From NCBI RefSeq assembly GCF_009914755.1, contig NC_060933.1: a stretch of 64,000 nucleotides of DNA; one strand, written 5' to 3'. The notes below the pieces were generated by a model. The model saw nothing but the letters and a program-made list of their open reading frames with translations, had not been told where the DNA came from and ran no database searches. Below, piece after piece: positions 30,253 through 44,938 of this stretch (positions are counted from its first letter, which is position 1; each line of letters begins with the position of its first letter). This stretch comes from the human T2T-CHM13v2.0 reference genome, Homo sapiens. The position numbers were made by a program, and so were the translations under genes.

Positions 30253-32299
30253 ATCTCACCAAAACCGTCTTGGTGCTCACAAAGTGGTAGGTCACAATAA
30301 TGCATGTTGCCGGATTCCTGTAAATATGTTATAATTGAAATAAGATGGAAAGAGGAAAACAAGTGGGTCAAGGAAGAGGAAGGAGAGGACAGAAAAGAGA
30401 AAAGCCAATTTGGAAATAGATCTAATTTGATTCTTGCTCATTTTATCCCATTTGTCAAAAGTCACTTAGCCACAGGAGTGGTTTTTATAGCTGTGCACAC
30501 ACCTAACTGTATCAGTCAGCCTTTGACCCAGAGATGCGGTTATCTGTAGCCCCATATGGATATTTTCCTACTTCCTTAAAAAAAATGTAGCTACATCTGG
30601 CTGTGGATACAGTTCTCAAAATGCAAGTTCTAATTTAACAACAGATGTTTACTGGGCAGCAAAGACAGCCAAGAACATGTGAGGAGATGGGAAGCTGTGG
30701 TCTGTGTCCTTGAGGAAATCATTTTAAATACCTGGATGGCCCACTGGTGCTGTTTTGCTTGCCAAACGTTATTGATTGGTTGCAGCTGCCAGAAGCCTTC
30801 TATCGAGGATTCGGAGCCTGAATCTGGGCTTAATGGGTGAGTGCTGTTGTCCATGAGCAGTGTCTGCCAAGGGCACAGAGGATGGGTGGTTTCAGGGTTA
30901 ACACTGAGTGGGTATTTAAATATTAATTCCTTTACTTCAGATCAAGCCCTAGCAACCTTCATATTGAGCAGAGCTTCACTGCACCAGCTTTTCCTCACCC
31001 TGCCTGAACTCAGGACAGAGGACAGACACTGAGAAAGGAAGATGGACTTTGCCTGAAGGGTAAAAATCAATATTCCAATGGTCATGACCAACCCTCCTGG
31101 CCCGTGTCAACAAATCCTATTAGCAGTGATTAGTACCCTATTATTCTGGCAAAGCCCTAAATATCTCCTCATGGTGGTATGACATTATCTGATTGGCTAG
31201 GACTCTTAGTGAAGTTCAACCACAGCACAGTTATTTTTTGCTGTAGGAAACTTGCTGACAGGCTTCCTTTGAAAAACCAAAAGCGTGAAATGCTTTTCAC
31301 TCCACTGAACGGTGTTCCACATGACACATACTGATTGAGCCTACAGAATCCTGTGGCTATATAAAGTACCTTCAGCTCCCCACTACATAAACTTCGCATA
31401 TCCCTCTCCATGTCACCTTGGCAGCTTGACAGGGTTGTTCTCAAGCAGCTAAAATGAAGACCCATTAGGAGCTAAAGAGCTATCCCTAAACTGAATAGCT
31501 GAATTGCTTTTGAAGGCCCCTGATGGGTATTCTGACCTGGATCCATCTTTGCCATGCCTCTGTGAGCCTCTGATATCTTATATCATTTATAGCCAGTCAT
31601 TTCCTGAGCAGCAGGGGACACAGATCAAAGATGGCCCCAATCAGAGATACCATGGATACACCCCACAAACGGCGTCATCTCCAGACACCCTTTTCTGGCA
31701 TTGTAATTTACTGGTACATCTGACCTAAATCAAATTCAGGCTCAATATAGGCCACTTAAATGGTATCAGTCAAAGCAAGGGTGTCAAAATGCATTTTCCC
31801 CTCACCCTGCCCTGCAATTTCTTCACCTTGGGATTATATGTTTGCATGGCCACTACTATTATTTCTGTTGCAAGTGAAAAGTAAGAGCAGCCCCTGAGAT
31901 TCACTGATAAAACATCCTTGACATTTACCTTAGTGTATTCAGAAATATTAGCTCACTACATTTCTCTGAAGGTAGAAAAAAAAGAAGTTCTGCCTCCTTT
32001 GGAAAAGTCACATAGTACAAGGGGATAAATTATTTTGTGAGGGAAATATACTGCCTTCAGGTGTGTTTGCGGGGGCAGAGAGTTGACTACGTGAATCATT
32101 CACACTTCAAGTACTCTCATATTTTGTCTTTTGAACTTTGGTTTCAGGATAAGAAGGCAGAGACATGACTAGCCTAGAACAGTATCGGCACACAGTAGGC
32201 ACTAAATAACTAATGAGTGAAGGAAGGAGTCTTCAGGAAGAATATTTCCCACTGACAATGCCCTAGGGAATAAGCGGGGCATGGGGGAAGGACTATTGC

Positions 32300-32480
32300 A
32301 CTGAGGAAGAGCAGATCTGAATTCAAATCCCACCTCAGTTACCTCCCAGCTATGTGACCCCGGTCAAGTCACCTCAGCTGCTGAGCTGAGTTTTAGTCTC
32401 TTTGAGGGTAATTTGAGGATAAGGACAAGGGCCTGGCTTCCCTCTGAGACATTTTGTGAGGGCACACTGTGGAGGCTGAA
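32300..32480 (+). mobile_element. MIR fragment
   Basis: 'gatctgaattcaaatcccacctcagttacctcccagctatgtgaccccggtcaagtcacc'. Confidence 0.6.
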
Positions 32481-33519
32481 GGCACTCTGTAAAAGAGTGA
32501 CCACAGCCCAGTATGGTCTAGTGGGTTGATAGAGTCCCAGATCCAAGGCCAATGTGTTAAGTGTCCTCATGGGACTGCAATAGCTTTTCACAGGCAGCTA
32601 AACTGTGTGTTGCTGTGTTGATTCTTCCAAAAGGTCTGAAGACCTTTTTTAGTGATTACCAAGTTATTTACACAAATTTATTTACACAATTTACAATTAT
32701 TTACTTCTCTTCTGAAAAGAGAAGCTACATTTTCAGTCAATAGATACACCTATTCTAAGTGGCTTTGGGCATCTAACCGAGCACTTAACACATCAAAGTG
32801 AGTCATAATTTGTTTTCTGATTTAAATGATCAGATACAAAGTAAGATAAACAAACAGTGGGAGGCTCGCTCATAAGTAAGTTCCCCTTTTAGGCACTCCA
32901 GGAGTCCAAACAAAGAAGTGAAATCTCACACTTTCCTACCTGCTTCTACTGCGGGACGGGTCGCTTTCTCCACCCTGGACAATTAGATAATGAGATAGTG
33001 ATGCAACAGCCTATCAAACCAAACCACAGACAAAGGAATGTGCAAACTGGGTATTCTTGCAGATTTTAGGCAAGTTGTCTGCTACTCTTTCCTCTGGCTC
33101 AATATTACTTCCCATTCCACCTCCCCAGTTTCTTCTAGCCTGGTACCTGCTTCTGACTCTGTCAAAATGGGGGAAATACCACTGATTTGTCCTGCTTGCT
33201 CCTTTGGCATCCTCTCTGCTTCTACCCTACTGGCTTTATCTTCCCATTCAGGCTGTTCCCATTTTGGTCCCACTTCACCAGCCCCACCCACTCCTGGTGG
33301 CTCCTCCTTCTAATGGGGACTTATTCTTCCCCATTACTTGCTCATTTCCTGCCTGAGCTTGTTTGCCCAGTTCCTTCCGCTATGAAAGTGAGAGGAGATC
33401 CATCAAGCTGGAAGCTGTCATGTTCACATAGAACAAATCCTGTGTAGACTCACTATGTATTTGTTGAGTGAGTGGATGAATGAATGAAACAAATGAATGA
33501 AGAAAAATACAACCAGCTT

Positions 33520-33996
33520 TGTAGGGTAAATGCACTTGTCAGCAATCACTTGAGCATACCCTTAGAATGATCCTGTATGGAAGCTGTATCTGAATGTGTG
33601 TTCTGAGCTAAGGAATCTGGTATGGCCAACCCAGAGATCTGTTCTTTGTCTATGAGGAACATCTGAGCCCCCAGGCTGTCCTGTGGAACAGGCGCAGTAC
33701 AGGCGATTGACCCCTGTGATTTGGATTAAATGAATTGCCAGGTGGAGGTCATTAGGGGGAAGGTATTAAGTGGAAATGCTATATAGACTGCATGCTGCTT
33801 GCAAGCAGTTGTGGCTTTCCCACCCAGTCCACCACCACTGTTGGTTATCTAGTCCAGCCCACCACCACTGGACTCTGTCCGCTCTATGTGAGCCCCTAAA
33901 AAAACCCCAGGTCTCCTTTGCTGGCTCTCGGTCTCTTCTTCAGCCCCTTGAACCTAGTGCCTTCCCTATTGAGGTTAATAGGGGTTCAACACCACA
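33520..33996 (+). mobile_element. Solo ERVL LTR, LTR47-like
   Basis: TG...CA ends ('tgtagggtaaatgcac' to 'ggggttcaacaccaca'), TATA-like 'gctatatag' and a degenerate polyA signal. Family name recalled, not searched. Confidence 0.75.
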
Positions 33997-34379
33997 ACCC
34001 TGTACAGAAATCCTGAGTGTTCATAGCTGTGACAACTGGGACTTATCTTAAATCTAGTACTGAACCACAAAATTACCTGTCAGCAATCAGACACTGTTCT
34101 TAAGAATTCTATCTTAAGCTCCTGTATCTCAAATGATTATACTAAAATGATGTTATTAGAGCTAACTCAAGAAAATTATCCAGCAAATGAATGGGATTTA
34201 AAATGTTAAAAATCATCTTAAAAGAGATTTCTAATTATACAATTTTAAAAATTACCAGAGTTTCTACCCTAACCATGCCCTGCATTTCATGAGAAGCCTT
34301 AGATAGCAGCAGTTTTCATGGCTGACCTCCTCTGCCCCAATTAGGGATCTTGTGATACTGCGGAATCATTAAAAGCTCT

Positions 34380-34580
34380 GGCTTTGTAGCATGCACGAGC
34401 CAGCTGGGGAACCCCAGGCAAGTACTTAGCCTCCCAGGCTTCTATCTCTTCATCTCTTGAATGTGGATAATGGTACCTAATGTGAAGGCATGAGATGAGG
34501 ATTCAAGGGCGTAATCCATGTAAAGTGCTTAGCACAGTGTCCAGCACATAGTGAGTGCAGAATAAACGCCAGCCGTTTTC
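34380..34580 (+). mobile_element. MIR
   Basis: 'ggcaagtacttagcctc...ggataatggtaccta...gaggattcaa...atgtaaagtgcttagcacagtgtccagcacatagt'. Confidence 0.8.
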
Positions 34581-35049
34581 TATGTGTAAATGCTTTTCTA
34601 TCAGGCAACTGAGGAATGGCTAAGATTAGTAATCTCTCCAGCTGTGAGCCACACTCCCTTCTTGTGTGTTTCAAAATAAACTTCATGTCCCTGGCTCCAG
34701 CTTTTCTCTCCCAACTTCTGCCAGTGAAAGAAAATATTGATTAATCCCAAATAAAAATATAATGAGATAGATATGTATGTTTCCATCCATATGTGTACAT
34801 CTCCGTGTGTGTGTGTGTGTAAAAGTATATTTATCATACTGTCTCCTCTATAAGACTGTGAGTTCCTAGAGGGTGGTAGTGGATGAAAAAGGTTAACATT
34901 TGTTCAATGTTTTAAGTGTTTTGGCTGTATTAACTCATTTTATCCTCACATTAAGCCTATGAAGCAGTCAACATATCTATCCTCTATTCACTCAATAAAT
35001 GAAGACATAAGTGATGTTTACTAATGTACCATTATAGGCTGTGTAGTCT

Positions 35050-35240
35050 GATGGCTAAGGATGCTCCCAGATCCTTTACTTATTAGCAGTATGACCTTAG
35101 GCAAGTTACTTAACCTCTCTGTGCTCCAACTTCTCCACAGGCAAAATGGGAAGAAGAATCATGCCACGTACAACTATTACAAAGATGAGCTGATACACTT
35201 AGAACAGTGCCAAGTACAGAGTAAGCATTCAGTAAATTAT
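35050..35240 (+). mobile_element. MIR
   Basis: 'tgaccttaggcaagttacttaacctctctgtgctcc...aaaatggg...cacttagaacagtgcc'. Confidence 0.85.
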
Positions 35241-35589
35241 AGCAAACTTTAACATAGGTCCATTTTAAAAGGGGAAATAATGCCCTTTCAATGAAGTGAA
35301 ATCCATCCCACTGATTATAAATACAAACAAGCAAAGCTTATATTCTTGTAGGAAAATGAGAAGGGTCAAAGTTTGAATGACATAAAAATCCAAATTACTC
35401 TTAGAGTAACTAACAAAACAAAGGAATGATCATTTCATTATGTCCAGGATGAATTAGTCATAATTTGCCTACCATATCCAGAGAAAACTTCTGATTACTT
35501 AGCACAAACCCATGAATTATCTCATTTGGGTATAATGTGTCTGTGGACAGATTAGAGCCAGCCAAGCCCACAAGAATGGAATGTTGACT

Positions 35590-35790
35590 TGCTTATTCAT
35601 TTATTCACATTTGTTCACTCAACAAACATGCTGAGCATCTATTATGTGACAGACACTGTTCTTGGCACTGGGAACCCAGTAGTGAACAAAACAAAGGCCC
35701 TGCCCTTGGGGAGCTGACAATCCTTTTAGGTGATATAAACAGCAAACAAATAAATACATAATATGTCAGGTAGTGAGAATGCTATATCTA
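35590..35790 (-). mobile_element. L2a 3' end
   Basis: 'ttcactcaacaaacatgctgagcatctattatgtgacagacactgttcttggcactggg...gccctgcccttggggagctgaca'. Confidence 0.85.
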
Positions 35791-37648
35791 ATTAGGAAAT
35801 TTGCATTTGAAAAATTATCTGCTCCTTAAAATACTAAAAGCAGAGGAGAAAGACTTAAAGACTAAAAAAGTTGCTGAACCACAATAATCTGTAAGGTGAG
35901 TCAACTTAGCTACTGACCCAAAACCTCTGCCAGGATCCTCTAAATGACAACAGAAGAGATGATAAGAAGAGACTGAGGCTCAAGGAAAGGGGTGTGTGCC
36001 CGCTTCCTTCATTCTTGCCAGGGCCAAAGGCTGGCCTAGCCCAATGTGCCCTGGAGAGAAGGGGGATGCCTCATGGGCCAGACAAAGCTGTGGCTTTGAG
36101 TCCCAGCTTCTGCATCTCTCCCTTGGCCCAGGGGTACCATCTGACTCCAGCTGTAGGCTCAGGCCACCCAGGTCCCCACAATTCAGTCCTGACCTGCTGC
36201 TGGTGGGATTTCTGGAGCTCTGGTCTAACATACAGGGCCCAGTGTCCAGATCCCCTTGACTGTTTCTGATCTGTACTCACGGTATGAAAAGTGGACTCTC
36301 TCCCTGTTCATAAGACTTATATCCTAAGCAGTGACTCATTTCTGGTGATGGAATTTCTATTTATTCCCTGTACCAAAGCCCATCTGCTCACCTGCTGAGC
36401 ATTCCTGTACTCCTAGGACTTGGGACCATCTGCCTTTCTCCTGCTTATCTCATCCCCAAAACCCAAATCCAGCCTCTCATATGGCCCTGGGGTGGGCTCT
36501 GCGACCTGCTGGCAACCTGTCCTGGCATTTTTAAGTTGAGCCTTATTCTAGACTGCCCACCTATGAATATGTTTGCCTCGTCACTTCATGATGGAACCTG
36601 TTGCAATGACCAATTGTCTGGCCCATGGATTTTACTCTGCTGTCATAGAACTCCTGAACCCTTACTGCAGCTGCTCAACAGGATTTCTGCTGGGGCAAGC
36701 AGCTAGAGCCATCACTCAACACCCATCCATACATAATAACCACTATAAAAACAGATCAGTATGCTTCTAGGGCTTGGCCTTTACAGCAACTAACTCTACG
36801 TGCTGAATGTTGTGTCCAGATTGACTATTGGCATCTCCTTGCCCCTTACTGTATACAAGCAGCTCAGAATCAGATCTCCCTATATTATGCTGTGATTGTT
36901 TATACATCTCTTATTATCAGAGTTTCTATTTTTTTGATATGTATTTGATGCTGAACCTGAGGGCTAGCACATCACGGTCTCAACACATATATTTGTTGAG
37001 TGACCATAACTCAACAACGGCTGGCCTCCAGTTGACTGACCTCTGAGGTTTTCCTTGATTCAGCCCATACCTGAGCTGAAATCATGATAACCTGGCTTTT
37101 GGGCAGGGGATTTTTAAAGCCAACCTCTTTGTGGAACATTCTTCATTTTCTTTCTCTAGCCACAGTTTGGTGCTCTCATGAGGACACTGCTTCCCTTGTA
37201 AAGGTCTCAAATGGTGGTGGTTTCTTTACACAGCCCTTGTTTTCCTGGACTAGGAGGAACAGTTGGTGTCTTCCTTAATTCCCAATGCTGCTTCCAGATC
37301 ATCCTCTCCTTGTTGCCTAAAAAATGAACTATATCTGCATTTTCTAAGAACTCTGTAGAGGTGGGAAATATAAGGGAAGACCTGGCTGCCCATTACAACT
37401 AACAACCCCAAATAAGTACTTTTTACTAGAATGAAGCCACTTAGCTCTCTCCTTAGTCAACAAAAAAATTCAGCCTAAAGTATGATGAAGCAAAGAACCA
37501 AGAGTTCCATATACTTTAAAAAATAGTTTGGCTGTATGTGCTTCTGGTAGAGACCATTGTCACTAAAGGTAATTCAAGAAGAAAATATGGTCCATTGATC
37601 AGAGTGTTTAGAATTGTATATTGTTGGTTGATAAATCTTATATGCTGT

Positions 37649-38646
<998 letters not shown>

Positions 38647-38649
38647 CTG

Positions 38650-39240
38650 GGTGGTGGGTGAGGTAGGTGAAAGAAGCAGTGTCAGGGAAGACCTCTTTGT
38701 GGGAATGACATTTGAACAGATACCTGATATGCAAAGGCAAGCAAATAATGAAGCTACTGGGGAGAAAGAAAGAACGTTCCCATTAGATGAAATATCTAGT
38801 GCAAAGGCCCTCAGGTAAGAAAGGGGTTGGCATATTGGAGAAACAGAAAAGGGGGCAATGTCATTAAAAAGCTTATTGACAGTGGGAGAATTAAAGAGCT
38901 ACAAATGAAACGCAACAGACAATGGTGCCTTGGACCAGAGTGGTAGCAGCAGAGATGGGAGAGAAATAGGCAAGTTCATGATTTTTTTTTTTAAGAAGCA
39001 GCAAAGACAAAACTTGTTTGTTGGTTGGAAATCAAGGAAAAGAAAAAGGGAGGAAATCAATGATGTCCCCCAAGTCTTTGGTTTTAGCAATAACATGGTG
39101 ATGCCATTTAATCAGTTGTGAAGATGAGAAAAAAAAACAGTTTGGAGAGGAAAATAATCAGCACTTCCATTTTTTGGACATGTTAAGTTTGATCTGCTTG
39201 TTAAAGATCCATGTGGAGATGTCAACATAGACATCAGAGC
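38650..39240 (-). mobile_element. L2 fragment
   Basis: 'gtcagggaagacctct...tgacatttgaacagatacctga...gtgcaaaggccct...ggacatgttaagtttga...tggagatgtcaa'. Confidence 0.8.
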
Positions 39241-39541
39241 TTACAAGTCAGAGCTTAGTTCCTCTGCACCACAATGATGATCACGATTATGGCAACTAAT
39301 ATTAACTGAGTACGTATCATATGGCAGGCATTATGCTAGGAGCTTTACATAGATTATCTCATTTAATCTCACCACATCCCTGTAACTAGTGCCTCCAATT
39401 TACAGATGAAATTGAAGCTCATACTTCCTTGCCAACATTAACAAGGCTACTAAGTAAATAAGCAGTACAGTTCTACCTTATATAGCATGAGACCTTGCTC
39501 TCTATAAGGGGCTTGAGGGGAAGAATAGTATCTTCTCATGC

Positions 39542-39895
<354 letters not shown>

Positions 39896-40589
39896 TAATC
39901 AATCACTGTTGCTTGATTCCATTGCTCATGGGAAAAGACCAAATGACGTGATGCTAGGCCCAGACAGAGAAGGCATCCACTCTAATTCTTCTTTCTCTGC
40001 TCTTTCCATGTAACAAGGGGTTTCTGACCCATGGGCTCCCCTTCCTCTCTCACAACCACTTAAAGCACTATACAGAGGGATGTGTGCAGTGTATCATGAC
40101 AAGATTTGGAGCATGAAATCACCAGAAACAAGGAAGGGTGGGGGTCTCAGTACCCAGCTTTCATTCAGTATCTCATTTAGCCCATGGTTTTCTACTGGGT
40201 CTTTCAGGTTATTGGGGTAGTCTTTAGTGTATTAAAGCCAAAACTCATTCTGTGCCCTGCCCCCTCCTCAATTCAGTTAGCTTTCAAAACAAGCTGAAAT
40301 CGTGAACCGGAAGATCTGAGATCCTGATTGAATCAGATTCAAACAATTTAAACTGGGATTGGCTTTTCTATTTCTCTCTGGCCAAACATTTTAGGTCCAT
40401 CTTCTACTTGATGAAATAGAAAAAGAAAAATCCAAAATACTCACTGTATATTCTACCTGCAATTTTAAGAGAAATGATGGTACTGAATTAAAGGTGAAGC
40501 CCCTCCTGCTTCTCTATGGAGGAGCATGAGGACTTGGTTTGGTAGTGGAAGCACAGCAGGTGGGGCTCATGCCGCTCCTCCTCTGAGCT

Positions 40590-40895
40590 GCTCTTTTCAC
40601 CCTCCTTCCCAAAACTCACCCTTGCCAGTCCTTTAAGCCTCAGCTCCAATGACACCTGCTTCAGCACTCCTGGGATGGTCCACATGCTCTTCCTCTGAGT
40701 TTCTATCCCTGTGCTCATTCCTCTCTTCATTTTTTAAAAATAACAAGATGTACTATCAATGTTTCTCCCTCCCTCCTAGACTATGAGTTCCTCTTGGGGT
40801 GGGAACATGCTTTACCTATTTTAGAAACCCCAGGGCTTAGCCCAGTTCCTGGCAGATCCAGCGAGGTTCAAATAAATAGCTGTTGAATTGAATGG
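40590..40895 (+). mobile_element. L2 3' fragment
   Basis: 'cctagactatgagttcctc...ccagggcttagcccagttcctggc...aaataaatagctgttgaattgaatg'. Confidence 0.7.
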
Positions 40896-42064
40896 TGAAC
40901 AGAGTGGCATTGTGTTAGGCGAGGAAACAGTATCCTGTGGACATGGGAGACTTTGGTTCTAGTCCTGGCTTTGGGCCGGCTCCTTATGTGCTGCAGGGTA
41001 AGCTCCTTACCCTCCCTGGGTCTATTTGTTCATCAGCCAAAATAATGAGGCTGGACCAGCTCAGCTCTGGAGGCCTCACAGCACTGGCACTGAGCAATCT
41101 GTGTGTGCAGATGGGAAAGCAGCTGAGAATAATGCATTCACATGGGCTGGCTCTCGAAGGCCTTCACCATTAATCACAATTCTCCAATCTGACAAAATCC
41201 CTCCCCAAACGATCTCAAAAGGATGCTGCACACAATGAAGGAGAAATAATCACCCTCAATTTCCAGAAAGAGAACCGTGCTCTAATGCCCACGAATTGTG
41301 TCAGTCTTTTTCTGGCCATGTGCATACACTGTGCTTCCCCTGGCTTCTCACTCCCAGCTTCGCCAGGGTGGGGGTGGGCAGGGGACATGGCTGGGTACCC
41401 AGCAACAGTGGGTTTCTGCAGACAGCTAAATGGCATAGAGAATATTCTGCATGTTTTAATCTTCAGTTCTGGTTCCAAACTCAACTTGAAAACCAAAGTC
41501 CTAAGAGAAAGCTAATGGCTTTCTGCTGAAAGTTTTCTGCCAAGTGCAAATCTGAATAGACCCGTGAAGAAAATCCTTTCCCACTGTTGCCATGACTCCA
41601 AGAGGTCCCCCGTACCATGGTCCCAAACTGTGGGAGGAGGTGAAAAACTGCATGTGATGCTTCCCTCCTGAAGCAGAGGCAAGGCAGCCGAGGGAGGAGA
41701 GAGGCACTGCCTATGAGGCCCCATTTTTCCAAATGCTTTCAAGGCAGAACTTCCGATGTGAGGTCCTGATGATGTCCAGTTAACTGCATTTCCCCCTCTC
41801 TCCAGGTGCCTCTTTTCCCCTTCTCTTTAGTTCTCTGTCTTTTCTGAATCTAGCCTTCCCCTGTGGATTCCTGAATCCACAATCAATACAGAGCTCTTCC
41901 AGTGGAATAGTAGTTTATACTTTCAAATACAGATGGTTGACAAATATTCCTAAATGTCTTAATGTATAAGATATCCAGTCTCTTCGATTAAGTACACATC
42001 TGAAAGCCAAGAACCATGTCTGCCACTTCTTCTGAATGCTCAACATAGAAGCTTGTCAACAATA

Positions 42065-42540
42065 TGAAGGGAACCAAAATTCCCTTCAAAGACAGTTGTT
42101 AAGTTAAAGACATTGAAAATGCAGGGTAACACTCTGCCTCAGCCTGTAACCACCTGATGGCAGGGCACGAATCCTTCCTTCCTGGAGATGGCACTTCTCG
42201 GCCCAGAGGAGGCACCAAGCTGGCACCAGAGGAATCTGGGAACAGATTTTAGCATCTTCCCTCATTTTCCCGCCTTTTAAAACACCGCAACTGTTCTCTC
42301 TTTTGTCTTGTCACTATGTAGGATTTACAGATCCGTTAAAATACTTTTAAAGCAAGGCCCCTAAGCCACTGCCTTGAGAGAGAAATGCTTTTGAACCGAG
42401 GCCTTTCCCATGTGATAGGTACAGTGCATGTTAATAAACTTTTGCATGCTTTTCTTTTGTTAATCTGATTTTTGTTTTCAGAAAAGTGTCTCAGCTAAGA
42501 ACTTTAAAAAAGGGGAAAAAAAGTCTGTTTTCTCCCCTAA
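42065..42540 (+). mobile_element. Solo ERV1 LTR, MER34/MER39-group-like
   Basis: Starts 'tgaagggaaccaaaat', carries 'aataaactt...ttttcttttgttaatctg' and ends 'ttttctcccctaa' (MER34-like end, recalled). Confidence 0.65.
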
Positions 42541-42894
42541 ATATATCTATCCAACATCAACAAACCAGGTCTTCAAGACATGCTCGTTTCCTAAGCTGAC
42601 TTTGATAGGATGGGTGCTTTTACTCACAAAGATTGGTCCTCTCCTTACTTATCATTGCTGAAATCCATTTAACTGGGTTATTATGTTTTCTTGCTTGTAT
42701 AATAAAAGTGATTTTTTCTACAGATACATTCATCATTTTCAATAATTAGAAAGTCATTTACCTAAATTACCCTCATTAGAATGCTGAACAGGAAATTGAA
42801 GTCCCTCCATATCTTATAGTCATAATATTTTACGATGTCTTCATTCTTATGGATCACAAAGCTCATGGTTTCTGTACCAAAGGAAGTGCTTTCT

Positions 42895-43204
42895 GGACCA
42901 GACAGAAGCAGTGGCTCTGCTTGTGATCCCAGTGCTTTGGGAGCCCAAGGCAGGAGGCTTGCTGAAGGCCAGGAGTTTGAAGCCAGCCTGGGTAACATAG
43001 TGAGGCGCTGTCGCTACAAAACATTTAAAAATCAGCAGGTTGTCGTGTTGAGCACCTGTATTCCTAGCAACTTGGGAGGCTGAGACGGGTGGATCCCTTG
43101 AGCCAGGAGTTCAAAGTTAAAGTGAGCTATGATCACGCCACTACATTCCAGTCTGGGCAACAGAGCAAGACCCTATCTCTTTAAAAATAAATAAAGAAAT
43201 AAAT
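42895..43204 (+). mobile_element. Diverged AluJ
   Basis: 'gtgagctatgatcacgccactacattccagtctgggcaacagagcaagaccctatctc' plus A-rich tail. Confidence 0.92.
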
Positions 43205-43210
43205 AGTGGT

Positions 43211-43410
43211 TTCTGATGAGATCTGATGGTTTTATAAATGACAGTCTTTCCTATGCTCTCACGTGCTCACTCTTCTCTTGTCTGCTACCATGTAAGACAT
43301 GCTTGCTTCCCCTTCCACCGTGATTGTAAGTTTCCTGAGGCTTCCCCAGCCATGCGGAACTCTGAGTCAACTAAACCTCTTTTCTTTATTAAAACAAACA
43401 AACAAAAAAA
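43211..43410 (+). mobile_element. THE1 (MaLR) LTR 3' fragment lacking U5, with a poly(A)-like tail
   Basis: 'gagatctgatggttttataaa...gattgtaagtttcctgaggcttccccagccatgcggaactctgagtcaactaaacctcttttcttta' followed by aaaacaaacaaacaaaaaaa. Confidence 0.88.
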
Positions 43411-44786
43411 GAAGTAGTTTCTTATGTGAGCTTTTCTTCATATCATTAGGAATAAAATTGTCCTGAACCTGAAAACTGAACTATAAACAAGACTCAATAC
43501 ATTAATAGGAACTGAGGTTTTCTGTATACATAGGAATGTTATATCATTTTACCAAATTAAATGACGTAAAATGATAAAGGCTTCTGCAACAAAACAGTAT
43601 TATAAAATGCCATATAAGAAACTTGCTAGTCATTCAAATACTGCAGAGTAATTATCACTGTTAGAAGTGGCTTTACAGTGTCTATACCTCATTCTATCAT
43701 ATCTTCCGAAGATAATGCATTTAAAATACAAAGTCAAAAGTTGCATTTCTGTTACATTTTTAAAATTTGCCCTTTGAAAGTCAAACAACAGACTGTATTT
43801 CTTTCTTCTTATCAGAATATTTGGAGGCTGATATAAATACACTTGTGCTTATCTGTGTCTAGTTATTTATAATCTCTAGGAAACATGACATTTTTCCTTC
43901 TAGAATTGGTTTTTAAAGCAGCAACCACACTATCATGCATATATGATACGGGGTTGCTTTGACAGGAAAAAGGCAATGTGTCATATTTCACTTGCTTAGA
44001 CCTCCTCCAATCATAACTGAAAAGATATTCAAAGAATTATAACCGTTAAGAATTACCAAACAACCGTCAACAAGGGGCTAAAAGAACATGAAGAAGACCC
44101 TGAGGGAGTGAGAGCTGAGGTTCATCTGTAAGCAGAAAACAGATGTAATATGTGGCTCAGGAAATTACAGGAGGCTAAAGTTGCCAGCACATGCCTGAAG
44201 CACAAGTATTATTTTTATGCACCAGTTTAGAAAACAATGAAGCAGAAAACAAAGCTTTGACCATTTGCTGAAAGGAAGTTTCAAATGAGGTCAATTCTTT
44301 CACATTCCCATTGATGCCAATGAAAATCAAAGTAGATAAGAGGTCCAGGATTAAAATAAAATTAAGCAAATACACAAAATCACTTTTCAAAAAGGAAACC
44401 TTTTATTAGCGTTTTTCATCCCTGAAAGATTTGTTATTTGTGAAATTTGTTCAGTGAAGCTCTCTTAAATGACTGCCCTTAAATGACTTTTGTGACCTTG
44501 ATTACTCAACTTTTACTTAACTTTCTATAGATTCCAAGTTGGACTGAATGCATTTTTATTACATTTGCATAACAGCAGAGGCGTTGGATCTTCTGGCGTT
44601 AGATTCCGTAGGTCTTCTTTATTTATGCTGGGAACAAGTCTTGGCTCTTTCCTCCTCTTGACTTATCATATCGCTGAGTTGGGCCACAGGCTCTGGGTCT
44701 TCCTGCTGGTTCTGTCCAACTTTTCCCCTTGTAAACAGGCTCTGGGACCATCTATGTCATATCATGGCTGCAGCAACAGACAAGAG

Positions 44787-44938
44787 CCATGCTGCTCAAA
44801 CTTCAATGTGCCTAAAATCACGGGGGTAGGGGGTGTCTTTAAAATGCAGATTATGATGCAGTAGGTTTGGATGGGGCCCAAGAGTCTGCCAAGTGTCGCT
44901 GATGCTGCTGTTCTGCACAGCTCACTTGAGTGACAAGG
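44787..44938. mobile_element. MER5B-like hAT-Charlie
   Basis: 'tgctgctcaaacttcaatgtgc...taaaatgcagatt...gtaggtttggatggggcccaagagtctgc...gctgatgctgctg'. Confidence 0.7.
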
